Position numbers and translations under genes: made by a program. Shown here one piece after another: positions 11,417-24,424 of a stretch of 64,000 bases of DNA (its first letter is position 1; every line of letters starts with the position of its first letter). Source of the DNA: Adineta vaga (lineage: Eukaryota > Animalia > Rotifera); NCBI GenBank assembly GCA_021613535.1, contig CP075497.1, positions 3,844,001 through 3,908,000 on the forward strand. Direction: 5' to 3'. Below the pieces are notes generated by a model, which saw only the letters and a list, made by a program, of their open reading frames with translations, was not told where the DNA came from and did not search any database.

Positions 11417-13787
11417 TTACAATTTCTTTTTTACACGTTCGAGGTTTCCTCTATAGCCTTTGAGATAAGGATGTCCTGAAGGCAATGATTGTTGTGCATT
11501 TTGTACAGCACGCTCATAAAATGAACAGCCTTTTGAATAGTTGTTCATGTTTTCATACACTGTACCAATGTTGTTGTAACATGAAGCCAAATCAGGATGA
11601 TTCGGAGGAAGTGATTGTTGTCGAATTGCAAGGGCTTTTTCATGAGATGAAAGTGCTTTTGGATAGTCACCCATGTTATAATACACCGCACCGATGTTGT
11701 TGTAAGACATAGCCAACTTTGCATCTTGAGGGGAAAGAGTTTTTTCCTCGATGGTAATTGATTTTACATAGAATATGATTGCCTCTTCATATTCTCCTCG
11801 ATTGTATTTGATCCAACCAAGTTGGTGATAAATTGGTGCCTTGTCACTCTCCTTCATTGTTTGATCAAGTAGAATTTCATAAATCTCTTCAACTTTTTCA
11901 TTTTGACCCAATTGAATTAGTACTAAACCCATTCTTTCCCACCCATCGTTGTTTGGAAAAATTTCCTCTCGTATGTGCTCAGTCAGTGCATGTAATTCTT
12001 TGTCACTATCACTGGTCAGTATCAAACTCACTTCGAAGAGTCGGTTATTTTCACTTATTTGTTTGATATCCTGAATACGAAACACGCTGTGCATTGCAAA
12101 AAGTACTTCATCTTCACCCTCAATAGCACTAAGATCCCGAATCGATGCAAATGCTGCTGTTGATTGTTTTGGATCAATTGCCATCACAAACAAAATTGCC
12201 ACCAAATCTGGATTACTGAGATTTTGTTCTGCAAACCAAAGTGAAACTCCTTTATCCTTGCTAGTGGATAATTGTTCAAAATCTGTTTTTGATAATCCTT
12301 GTCCACGATAAACTGTGAAGATATGATTAATATGTTGTTCTTGATGCACAGATTCGATATGTTGATGTAGATCGTTGATAAAGAAACCCATCCGTGCCAT
12401 GATGTCACCATCCATCATTCGGATTCCACGATTGAGCATACCGTATAAGAAGCAATGATAAGTGTACCACCAGATAGGTGTTTTCTGATGATATTTGCGT
12501 TCCACTAATTTCACATTCTCTAATTCTCGATCGTTATCGGCGAAAATTTGACAACAGTATTTGACATAATCTTGAATATGTGTACCGTCGAATTTGATGG
12601 TCAATAAGATCTCCTCGAGAATCTGAGTGTACATAAAAGAAGGATCTAATTGATCCAACTTTTTGCCAGATGCCACGAAACTGATGGAAACCGCATTCTG
12701 TTCATATTGTGCTGCTGCTTGTTTGAGAGCTTCACAGATCGGTTTGATCTCTGTAAAGACTCCCTTGATTTTCGGCCATTCTTTCGCCCATCCTTCATGT
12801 CGTTTCTTGTTGCCACAAAAGATAAAGATGGCATCCACTTGAGACAGCTTATGTACCTGAGGTACAATAAGTTGTCCAAGTGAACCTGAAATAATCATCA
12901 AAATCATTCAAGTATTCAGTCATCGATATTCTTGCGGTTAGTGCATATGTTAATAATCAGATTGCATAAAATCGAATACTAGTCCGTTCGTTATGATTAA
13001 ATTAACTAACAATGTCAGAAGAACAATCTCAAATTTCATCTACAACAATACATAGGTCCATTTCAGTATTAATTAACCCATCAAAATGACACGAAGAAAA
13101 GATGTGAAAAAATTGAAGTCTTTCCTTATGTCGACATATAAGAGAATTAATGTGTCAAAATAAGACTCAAGTTAATCAGAAATTAAAAAAGATTAGTATA
13201 TGGTACTATTTTTACAGTTTTTCTCATTCGTAGAAGAAATTTGTATCAAAGAAGATATTCTAAAATTCTCGTTTTGTTTTCTATCTCATAGAACTGATAA
13301 AATAGGTGTGTTTGTGCAAAAGGGGTGACAATTGATTCTTCTGTTCATTGTCACGAAGTGTTTTTTCAAGTAATCCACCAAAATAAATTGCTGGATTTTG
13401 ATGAACTATGATTCTTAACAAAATCAATTTTGGATCGATAATGGTGATATATATGGTAGTATCTTTGCGTCAATGCACAGCTACATTTTGAAATTCTTCT
13501 TGGTATGCGATAACACAATACCTGAATTAACTCATACATACCTTACGATCTTTGATTACTTCAATAAACTCGATGCACTGATCGCCATCGGCGTAAGTGT
13601 TTAAATCATTGACAGCACGTCGAAGATGTTTCATTGTATTTCGACAATCTTCGTTGTTGTTATCGATATTGCTATCCAACCATATAAGCACCATATTTTG
13701 GATCTTTTGAATTCCAAGACGACGACGTTCACATGTGTCTCTCAAAGTTCCAGTTGTTTTTTGAGTTGTTGTGGTGCTACTTGCCAT
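11417..13787 (-). CDS. REC-like N-terminus + R-S-E ADP-ribosyltransferase domain + TPR repeats (bdelloid-expanded family), interrupted by a 633-bp insertion; possibly a pseudogene
   Basis: 13527-13787 (LIWLD...KVCM) joins 11417-12898 (IISGSLG...IFIFC); ART motifs VYRGQ, STS, EDEVLF; TPRs SYNNIGAVYYNMGDYPKAL and CYNNIGTVY. Confidence 0.8.
12899..13531. mobile_element. 633-bp insertion with imperfect terminal inverted repeats and TCAT duplication
   Basis: TCAT at 12895-12898 and 13532-13535; 12906-12925 vs reverse complement of 13508-13527 match 16/20; removing the insert plus one TCAT restores KVCMIISG. Confidence 0.7.
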
Positions 13788-16700
13788 TGATTTGTTCTAC
13801 TGATGAGTATAATGAATATTGTGAATTTTAATTCCTTTGAAGTTACCAATAATTGACTGACGAAAACTTGTTCATTATATAGGTCTCTGTTCTCTTCCTA
13901 TGTGTTTTTCTTTTGTTTTTGTTGGACAACGCCTTTTTTATTTTGCTGCTTTTTATATTTCTTCGGAAATCAGAAGCAAACAAAGGTATCCATTTAACGA
14001 GGTACTTTTACGTAGTTGCCAGTCATCGAAATAATCGCCGAAAATGAATGTTTTTTTATTTGTTCTGTCTTCAAACATACTCTTATTGTTTGCGATGGAG
14101 AATCGAAAGGTGGAAAATATCTTCATAACTCAAATCTATAAATAATGTTAATCATGAATGTGAAATTACATATCTCTTCTGTTCAAAGGTTACGCGTACT
14201 GAGAAATCAGATACTTTTCAAAAATATATTCAAATTCAAGATGGAATATGAGATATGTTAAAAAGATGACAACAATAATAAAAGAGTTTCAATCATTGTT
14301 CTTCTCTTTTTCATTATTTTAGAACAAAATTATCTGCAATAAGGATATGACTGCGGTTTATTGAAAGTGAGATTGAGCGAGAAAAAAGAAGTTTGTGTTA
14401 TTGAATTTTGCCTATAGATAATCTATACATATTATGAATAAATGTGAATATAGAATCTTTCCGCGAAAGAAATTTGACAGAATTTGTCTTATGGTTTTGT
14501 TTGATTTCTTCAAAAAAATGTGAAGTCAATAACGACAGCATAAATTTTGCACTCTTGTTTTTCTTTTTGAAATATTTTCAAGTTCTTTTAGCTGTTGTTC
14601 ACTTTGCTATTCTTTGACTAGATATAATATCCTGCAATAGGAAGTATTCTTTGTATTATTTCTTATAACATATTTCGATTTTTTCACGATTATTGTTACA
14701 TGAATATCTTCAATCTACAGAAGATTGAATATTAGTCTCATTATATCTAAGAAATAAAATATGTGATATTAGTCTTGAACACCTTTGGATAAACTAGTGT
14801 TTGTGCGACTATCGAAATCTCGATCGTATTATATTTAACATATATAATATACACTTTTGTTCATTTTCATCAATATTGCACATAAATAATGATGTTGAAC
14901 AAAAATTCATATCCATCTGATTTGATTTTTTCGTTTTTTAATCATAAACTTACTTTTCAGGTTGACAAAATCCTTTTGATATTTTTCTTCTTCGTTCGCC
15001 ACACGTTAGAAAAGATTTTCAATGAAAAATGGATTCATGTGTTTTTTTTATAGTTTCGATAAATTACGTAGTTGGAAAGAACAAATTATAACCTTCGATT
15101 TTGTGTCGATCTAAATGAATTTATATATCATTAAAATATTTTTGTATAATCCAAATATTCAATTATCTTTTGAGCTAATCAATCTCGTTTGAATAGCTCA
15201 AATGAATTCATTGACCGTGATGTAATTGTCCATTCTTGTTTATTTATTCGATAAATATAAACGTGTATATTGTTGTGTATAGTATTTTTTGGAGTTCTGA
15301 TCTGTTAACCAACAATATCATCTATAGATGTAGTCAACAAAAGTTTTCAATCAAATTTCGAGATAATCTAATGTTTTCTGATAAGAGCTAAACTTTAAAC
15401 AATAGATCAGCAGTATAATCTACTACGATTAATGTTTTTCGAGAAACTATTCTGAAAAAAAAACGAAGAGTGAAAGAGTTTTCATCAGATTGGAGACATT
15501 GAAAATCTGTCGTTTTCCGTTGGATGAGATACGATTTTGTTTGACTTTTCAAACGAATAATATGTGTCATGTGAACATATATGTAGAAGTTATTTCAAGA
15601 CTTTCTAATGAATAAGAAGTTACAGAAAATACTGTAGATTTACATTTAAATTGTTGCTGACTACGTTTTTCTCCAGAAAAATCCATCGAACACAAAACCT
15701 TTTTGTTATATATAATCCGAATGTTATAAATTTGCATCGTTCAGTATGAAAAGTAACTTAGCGAAAGGAAAATTCGTTTTATTATTAAATAAATAGCTTT
15801 GGAGCAATGAGTTTTTTTATAAATTATGATCAAATCAATAAGATAATCATTCATGGATTATTTAGTTTTTCAATACAGAACTTGTTGGCATCTAACTGTA
15901 TCAAAAGAACATTCTGAATCTTTTGGAAATGAATAACAAAAATTTGCTAATTTTTACATTCCTTCTCTCTCTCTCTCCAAAAACACTCTTGTTTGAGTAC
16001 CGAAAGTAGGAGAAAATATTCTGAACTCAAATCGACAAACAGCATTGGATGAAATTGTATTTATAATCAAAATTATTTGTCAGTATTTGACTGAGGTTAA
16101 TTCATTGAGAGAGAGAGAGAAGAATAAACTTAAAGTCAAACTATTTTGTAAAGAAATTGATTGCATTTACAACAATGACTAACAATAATTATTAGTATTT
16201 TTATTTATCTACAACCGTTGACATTCAACATAAGTGAATTCTAAAAGATATTTTTTTCCTTTTCTGAAAGAAAGGATTATAGGCATAGTAAAATTCTTAG
16301 TAGTTTGTTTGCTCAATCGAATGAAATTACAACAAAATTCTATAAGAATTAACCGAAAGATAATGTGGGATCAATGATGATGCAGCACTCATTTGTTTTT
16401 TAAATAAAATTATTTCGGATTCCTGAAAAGATATTATTCTTTTAGAAAAGGGTCTACGATTGGAAAGGATGAGCATTACTCTCGGTTTTGATACACCTTA
16501 TTGTTCTGCCATAGTAGCTATTGCTTTTTTCCTGAATTATTTAACTAGTTCAACAAATGTTTACTGTTGTTGACCATTTAAGGCTTGTATTTTTTGTCTT
16601 TTAGAAAGAGTGATGACGATAGTTTTGAAACATTTTTTTTTGTCTTCTTCAAATAAAATGAACTACCTAAATCGCTTTTCTATGACACAGCATATTAATT

Positions 16701-17276
16701 TATGTTAAAAACTAACGCCATCTATTCATGTTTTCTACGCAAACAGAATTAAATACATTTGATGTAATATGGCGATTCACAGAATGTAGCGCTGCTTGTA
16801 TCTTATTCCTATTGGTCTGTTTATTTATTCCTTCCAATATTTAGTTTAGTCACTTTTTCTTGTCTTCTGTCTGTTGTATGTGTATATCATATCATCCACT
16901 TTACTTGATTCTCTTATTTCTGTTCAATTTTAAGGACGAAAAATCAAACTAAGTAAAAACTCATAAATTATTCTATTGAGTGTTCAGCACAGACATGTAA
17001 ATACGTCTTAAAGTGTCATTACATCAGTATTTTCAGAAAATGTTAAAACCATTTTAAAACAAGTTTTTCAATTTTAAAGACACCGACATTTTCTTTGTTG
17101 TTTTGCTATACTATGCACTTTTTTTATCCTAAGCAACGGAAAAACGTGAGTGGAATGGATTATCTTTTCTTCATCGACATCATCATTTCATTTCTTTCTT
17201 TGCTTTAGATAAACTGATTTTAGTTGGACGAAAAATTAAATTCTATATTATTTTCTAGATCTAATAAAAACAACTC

Positions 17277-18389
17277 ATGAGTGACGAACAAAAATCTTCA
17301 GTAACTCTTGCATCTAATGGGCATATTATATCAGAAGGAAAAGATGAACCTGAAACACCTACAGAAACAATTGTTATTGATCCTGATGCGACTATCGTTG
17401 AATTGACTGCTTGTCGTCTTCGATCAATCGATGGACTCGAAGGTTTAACAAAAATTGAATCATTAAATATGCGTCAAAATTTAATTGAAAAAATCGAAAA
17501 TATTGGACAATTGACAACTTTAAAACAAATTGATCTATATGATAATCATATCACACATGTTGAAGGTTTAGAATCATTAGTTGAATTGAAACATGTTGAT
17601 CTTTCATTTAGTATGTTTATTAAACATTTTTCTGTTCAAATTTTCAAATATTTCCTTTCTCATCACAGATAAAATTTCAAAAATTGAAAATTTATCAATG
17701 TTAATCAACGTCGAAGCTTTATACATGGTTCATAATCAAATACGCGTTATAGAAAATCTTTCCGCATTAATTAATTTACGTGTATTAGAATTAGGTGATA
17801 ATCGAATTAAAGTTAGTTTTTCATTTCGAAGATGAAAATGAAAATATTGATTTGATGTTTTTTTTCTGTGTGTATTTAGAAAATTGAAAATTTAGAATCA
17901 TTGGTTCAGCTGGAAGAACTTCATTTGGGTAAAAATAAAATCGAAAAAATTGAAAATCTACATACATTAACACGTTTACGTATTCTTGGTTTGGGTGCAA
18001 ATCGTATATCAAAAATTGAAGGTTTAGAAAGTTTAACTCAATTAAAAGAGCTTTATTTATCAGAGAATCGTATAAAATCAATTGAAAATTTGAATTCAAA
18101 TCTTCAATTAACAATTCTCGATTTATCAAAAAATCAAATTGAACAATTAGATAATGTTCAATCATTAACAAATCTTTCCGAATTATGGTTTAATGACAAT
18201 CAAATAAAGAATGCTGATGAATTACATAAACTTGTTCCTATGGCAACGTTACAATGCATTTATATCCATGATAATCCAGCTTTTGATCGAGAAGAAAATT
18301 ATCGAGCGAAGGTTTTATTACTATTAAAACAATTAACTCAATTGAATGCAACAGAAACACGACGAGCTGCACCAGTGACATTAAATTAA
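17277..18389 (+). CDS. PPP1R7: Protein phosphatase 1 regulatory subunit 7 (sds22), LRR protein, 3 exons
   Basis: SDS22-type LRRs (DLYDNHI, LELGDNRI, LGKNKI, LYLSENRI, LWFNDNQI) and LRR cap (IYIHDNP...YR); introns ~17612-17668 and ~17812-17879. Confidence 0.9.
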
Positions 18390-18882
18390 ATGATTTTTTT
18401 TCTTTATTATTTGTTGTATGAATCTCTTTTGTCGTTAGAAACGTCTGTTCAAACAACGAATGAAGAAGAAAATAAAAACTGAACGTTTTCAAAAGTTTTT
18501 TTCATTTTCTCACATGTGTGTTTCTTTCTTTTAATTTTCGACGAAATTATAATCATTATACGAGTATGCTATCCTCTTCGTCACTTTTTAAATCCTACTA
18601 ATGCCGAAATAAAATAAAAACAAACACCGATGAAATCATATTCTTCTTTTTCTATCTGTTTTAGAATGAAATAGTTTCATCGATTTATGCTTGTTGTCAA
18701 CATACTATCTGAGGTCTGTGAATATTTCGTATAAAAGTTAATAGCATTCATCGAAAAGTATACATCTGCTAATGATTTTTTTTGTCAAGATTCGCTACTC
18801 ATTATGATTACAATGTTTAGGATTTGTAAATGTAACACATATGAGTCATTTTTTATTTTCATATATAAAAGTATTTATTTCA

Positions 18883-19800
18883 ATGAAGAACTTCAAACAA
18901 TTTTTGAATCTTGAAGAACCAGAACAAGAGCAAAATCCCATTTCATCCGAAGTAAAGGAAAATACAAGATTATAAAGTTCATACAATCATGTATATTGCT
19001 ATAGATATCTGGTTTATCATGGGATACACGTATCAAAGGATTTGGTATCTGTTTACTTGTTGCTTTTCTACTTGGAATCGGTGTAAGTTATTCTAATTTC
19101 TGATAGAAGTTGATTATGTTAGCTGGAAACGTTTCTATGAGTTGCTTTTTTTCTAATACTGATTTAATAAATTTCTTTGGTTCATGTTTAGGCGGTGATT
19201 GTGTATTTTCTTGGTGGTAATCTATCGGGCTTTGCTATTCTTTATAGTTTTGCTGTTATTTTTGGTGTTATATCGTGAGTTCAATATTCGTATCCTTGTT
19301 ACTGAACGATTATTTCGTGTTTTTTCTTCCAATTCTAGTACAATATTCTTAAGAGGTCCAATGAAACAATTGAAGACCATGTTTGATTCTACTAGATGGA
19401 TTGCTACTATTGTTTTTATCGTAAGTTATAGATGTCGTAGATCATTTGAAATAATTCGAAATTTTGTTTCTAGGGATCGGTTATAATGACACTTGTATCA
19501 GCTCTTGCTGTAAGTGTAATTAAAGTATGATAATCAACAATTCATTGATCTATTTAGATTAAAATCGGTATCCTTGTTCTTCTGTTTGTTATTGTTCAAT
19601 TTCTTGCACTTGTAACTTGAACAAATTAAAATATTTCTTTTTTCATTTGAAATTTTTGTTCATTTTAGGCTTGGTATACAATTACTTACATTCCATTTGC
19701 ACAGTAATTATTTTCTTATATTAAAATAATTGATATTTATTTTCTTCTTAATTTTAGGAGTGCGCTTAAAAGTTGTTGTGGAAGTATAATGGGTGCCTAA
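18883..19800 (+). CDS. SFT2D2: Vesicle transport protein SFT2-like (Got1/Sft2 family), ~8 exons
   Basis: Spliced translation LSWDTRIKGFGIC...FLRGPMKQLKTMFDSTRWIAT...QFLALAWYTITYIPFA. Confidence 0.85.
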
Positions 19801-20014
19801 TAAGAGAACCTGTGAAATTCTTGATTGTGAAAACAAATATCTATTCACTATACTTTTATTTTTTTTGTTATATGATGTTTATTGAAAAAAATAGAGAAAT
19901 ACATATTCTTTTCTTTATGTGATTTTAATTTATATGATGATTGAAAATTTGTAATCTTATTCTAGACATTGTTTATTTATGTGGAAGATTGAATGAGAAA
20001 TAGTCTGATAAGAC

Positions 20015-22425
20015 ATGTCATTAACTGGAATCAAGAAAAGTCCATTGATCGCTGTGCCATTTCTTAAAGTGAGTAGCAAATGAAGAAGAAAAACAACCAC
20101 ATGAAATTTTGTTTTTAAATAGAAACGATTACGACGAATTACAGCGTTGGGATTTCGAAATTTAACTGTAAATGATTTGAATTTTAATGTTCATTTTACA
20201 TTACATCGAACTGAGAAATGCGTTGGTAAATATAGCAAATATAATGATTAATACTTCTAATACTCTTCTAGCTTTTTATACAAGTGAATCAATCGAAAAT
20301 CAACGTGTAAGATATTGATTTATTTAAAAAAAAAAAGTCTTATTTCTTTCCATATAGAGTCCCGAATGGTCTTATTTAACATTTTCATCCAATGTTCAAT
20401 GTTTACAAGGTAGAAATGACTTCTCATATATCCGTTAATTATTCTGATTGATGTATATTCTTAGATTTTCTAATGCGTGTATGGATAACATCATCAAATA
20501 CATGTCGTTTATTTCTTGAATATGATATTCATCTTGATGATTCACTAGTTCCCGATGGACAGGTAAGGTAAGATTTGATTTGATAATTACAAATTTCATT
20601 TTGATTTTCTTGCAAGAAAGATGATTTGCCTACGGATAATAATGCTCTTTGGTTAGAAATGTTTGGATATCGATTTATTGATCATCAATCGATATTAAAT
20701 AATCAAACATTTCTTCAACAAATCAGTACAGAAATGTCATTAACTGAAAAGAAATCTAAACGTAGTCATTTAGTTAAATCATACAATAAATCAAGTATTT
20801 TAAGGTTTGTCTTCTCTAGAGATTTTTGGATGAAAATTTATTTTCAAAAAAAATTTAGGATGATCAGTGCAATTGATGCAATACGAACTGAAAATCGATT
20901 AGCAAAGGAATGTCTTGAACGTTTACAGATACTAAATGATGAAAATAAAGACTATCTATCAAAAGTATGAAGATCTTTGATTAAACAACATGTTATTCTA
21001 TTGTTTATTCTTAGATAAAAGAACGTGAAATGCGACAATTACGTATTGTACATTTGCGACAGTATTTACAGTCTCAAACATACATTTATGAACAAAAATT
21101 CAATACAAATCAACATAGTCAAAGACTAGTTAATGAAAGAAGTAAATATCTTCATTCTATTCCAATAAATTATGTTATCTGCGTGTTTTGTTTTCGTATA
21201 GAAAATCGACTCGATCAAAATTTATTGCAATTACTTCATCAACAAAGAGAACTGAAGTTACGTATTGATGAATTAAATCAATCAAAGTATAAAACAAATC
21301 ATCAAAGAATGTTTATAACTCATTGATTTTATAGATATTTTCTGCATGATTTAATTCAATTAATTACATTTCGACAAAAAGATATTATCAATGAAATATA
21401 TCATCATATTTATCCGATAAAGAGTGTTAATAGAAATGAATATTCAATTGCAAATGTTAAACTACCAACAGCACAAGATAGAATTTATCAAACAACATTA
21501 AGTTTGTTGAATTATTTGTAATTGAATTCGAAATTATTTTAATGAAATTTAGCTCGAGAACGTGAGAATGAAATCGGTGCAGCTGTTGGATATTGTGCAC
21601 ATTTTGTTCTTATTATTTCACAATTTCTTCAATTACCACTTCGATTTCCTATTGAATATAACGGTGTAGCAATAGCTAAAATTCATGATTATACATTACC
21701 ATTAAGCGAGTAAATATGTTTTTTGAATTTCATGAAAGAATCAAACTAATATTCAACAAATCAGTTCGAACGTACTCATTAAGATATGAATATATAGTTC
21801 TATAAATGAATTTTGCACTTGTAGAATACTTTGTTTAAATTGTAGTTTTCCATTATATCCAAGTTATGATATAAATTCTTTTCAATATGGTTTCTTTTTA
21901 TTGAATCGAAATATTGGTCAAGTAAGTTATTTATTTCCACGAGATTTGAAAACAATGATATATGTTCTTAGTTAATGTATCATTGCCGTGTTGGTGGTCG
22001 ACATACAGATTTTCGAAAGACATTAGCTAATTTAAAAGAATTACTAGAACAATATTTCACAAATACAAAGAACAATCATCAGTAAATTTGTCTTTCTATT
22101 CAATATCTTGAACATTTTTGAGAATGATTTTCTCTTCATTAGAATACAATTGTATACTTTCAATCAGTCATCTATCGAACCGATGATTCCGGATAATAGT
22201 ATGACAATAAATGACCAAGTCGTAATGCGAAATAAAACAAATCTATCCGTTAATTCTGCTTTTTCATCGTCACATTCAGCATCTTCGTCTTTCATTGAAT
22301 CTAGTGATTTGATCTATAATGATGATAATCATCATCATTCTAATGCTGTAGATTTATTTCCAAATTCAAGTGCCATATCACCTCGATTAGCAATGCAAAT
22401 TTCTGTTCAATCACAACAGCAATAA
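20015..22425 (+). CDS. UVRAG: UV radiation resistance-associated protein (PI3KC3 complex II subunit), multi-exon
   Basis: KRLRRITALGFRN, C2-like FYTSESI, coiled coil, IYPI...NVKLP, AAVGYCAHFVLIISQFLQLPLRFPI, FPLYP...FQYGFFLLNRNIGQL, DFRKTLANLK. Confidence 0.9.
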
Positions 22426-22672
22426 ATCAGATGTTAAACAAAAGATTTATTTCATTATATGTGATCTTCTATTTATTCCGTATGAGGGAAACAGTGCTAT
22501 GATTTTGTTATTTATTTATTCGTTCTTTTTCATATCATTTATGTATTAATTGGAATTTTGACTTCAAGAGAAAAAGAAAAGGATAAACGATAATGTAATT
22601 CTTTCATATATATATGTGTGTTTGTGTGTATTTGTTTAAGATCTTGAGAAAAGATATTTCTATTCAATTAAA

Positions 22673-23053
22673 ATGAGTCTTGATCCTCAAAAAATGGATG
22701 CTGGTCAACGTCAACAAATTATGTCGACAGTTCAACAACAATTGGCTATTCAAATGGCTCAGGAACTTCTTCAAGTAAAAGCAGATTACGAAAGCACTAT
22801 TTTCAATCATAAATATCTTTCTTTTTTATACGTTTAGAAACTATCTGATAAATGTTTTAAGGCTTGCATTCAAAAACCCGGTGGTACTTTATCAAGTTCT
22901 GAACAGGTTCAATAATCTATTAATTTATTTTATATCCTTGTTATTTTTTTCCAGAAATGTATTAGTCAATGTTCTGATCGTTATATGGAAGCATGGAATA
23001 TTGTCTCACGTGCATATGGTGAACGAATCAAACGTGAACAAAATCGACATTGA
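22673..23053 (+). CDS. TIMM13: Mitochondrial small Tim chaperone Tim13, 3 exons
   Basis: AQELLQ|[23 protein letters not shown]|[21 protein letters not shown]; twin CX3C motif; absent from the ORF track. Confidence 0.92.
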
Positions 23054-23198
23054 ATTTAGCCGAAAAGTTTCGTTTTTCACCTGTCTTTCTCAGCTAATTA
23101 TTTTTTGTCTTTCCGTCTTCATTTATGTTGAAACCAAAAAGAAAAGAAGACAAAATAGTTCCATGTTTAGACCTATGAAATCTTGTTTCATTTTCTAG

Positions 23199-24424
23199 AT
23201 GGCATCTTCATCTTCTACTGGAAATGGGAACAGTTATCCAAAACGATCTCGTCGTAGTGAGCCGACTATAATTCAAGTGAAAGAAGAGACGATTGAAATG
23301 GACAGTAATGATAGTCCATTTCAATCACCTTATGAACAATTAGTTCAACAAGAAACTGTTCCTGTACCTGTGGTTGTTCCAACCAAGAAACCTAAAGAAC
23401 AAAAATGTCGTTGGGATCGTTGTACACATACAGGCGATATCAATGGATCTTTATTTGAACATCTTCTTGAACATGTTAATGCTCAAAAGAATAGTAAAAA
23501 AGAACAAATGTGTCTTTGGGTTGGATGTCGCGTATACAAAGTCGCCTCGCGTAGTGTAAATTATCTTGAAAAACATATTCATAAACACACCAATGATAAA
23601 CCATTTCGATGTGTTTTTGATAATTGTACAGAACAATTTACAACACAATTTGCACTGGAACGACATGTTCAAACACATTTAAGACAACAAGATGCATCGA
23701 TGTTGTTTGATACAAGTGGCGAAACATCAATGAACGGAACAACGGATTTTGATGTTTCAAATGGAGATGAAAATCATCGATCATATCTTCGTGGCGGAAG
23801 TGTTAATGGTTCATATCAAAATATGCTTCTTCAACAAGTTCAACATCAATCAAATGAAAAAAAGATTAATCGAAAACGTCGAGCAAAAATCAATGGAGTA
23901 CCTGTCGCTTATGGTAAAATTATCAAGTTTCATATTTTATATATTTTTGAATGATTCAATTTCTAGCGGTCAATCGTGATTGTTTTACGGAGAGTGAAGT
24001 CTTTCATTTAACTCGTCTATTTGATACGTGTCCATATTTTTCAACAGATAAATCTGGTACAGTTATTGTTTTACAACCAAAAGTATGTACTAAAACCAAC
24101 GATCTCTATGAAAATATTTATTTATATTGAAGACTACTATGAAACGACAGATCGGTGATCGAGTTGAACAATTTGTCGAATGGACACCTGAAGATATGTA
24201 AGTAAAATAAAAAAAATCATTCTATTTCAATTAATGCTTTATATAATAGTTGTCCAGGAGAATGGATTAAAAGTTCAGATATTCGTTTAAAACCCAAACA
24301 TATTCCTATTAATGAATTAACTGCTAATCAACTCAATCGTTTATTACCAGCGATATATGCCTATCGTCCACGTAAACATGGACAACGAAAACGAACCATT
24401 ATCTCAGCAATACAAAGCAAATAA
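23199..24424 (+). CDS. AEBP2: AEBP2/jing-like C2H2 zinc-finger PRC2 cofactor, ~4 exons
   Basis: Three fingers CRWDRC, CLWVGCRVY...LEKHIHKH, DKPFRCVFDNC...LERHVQTH; basic RKRR patch; C-terminal WTPEDI...EW motif. Confidence 0.82.
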
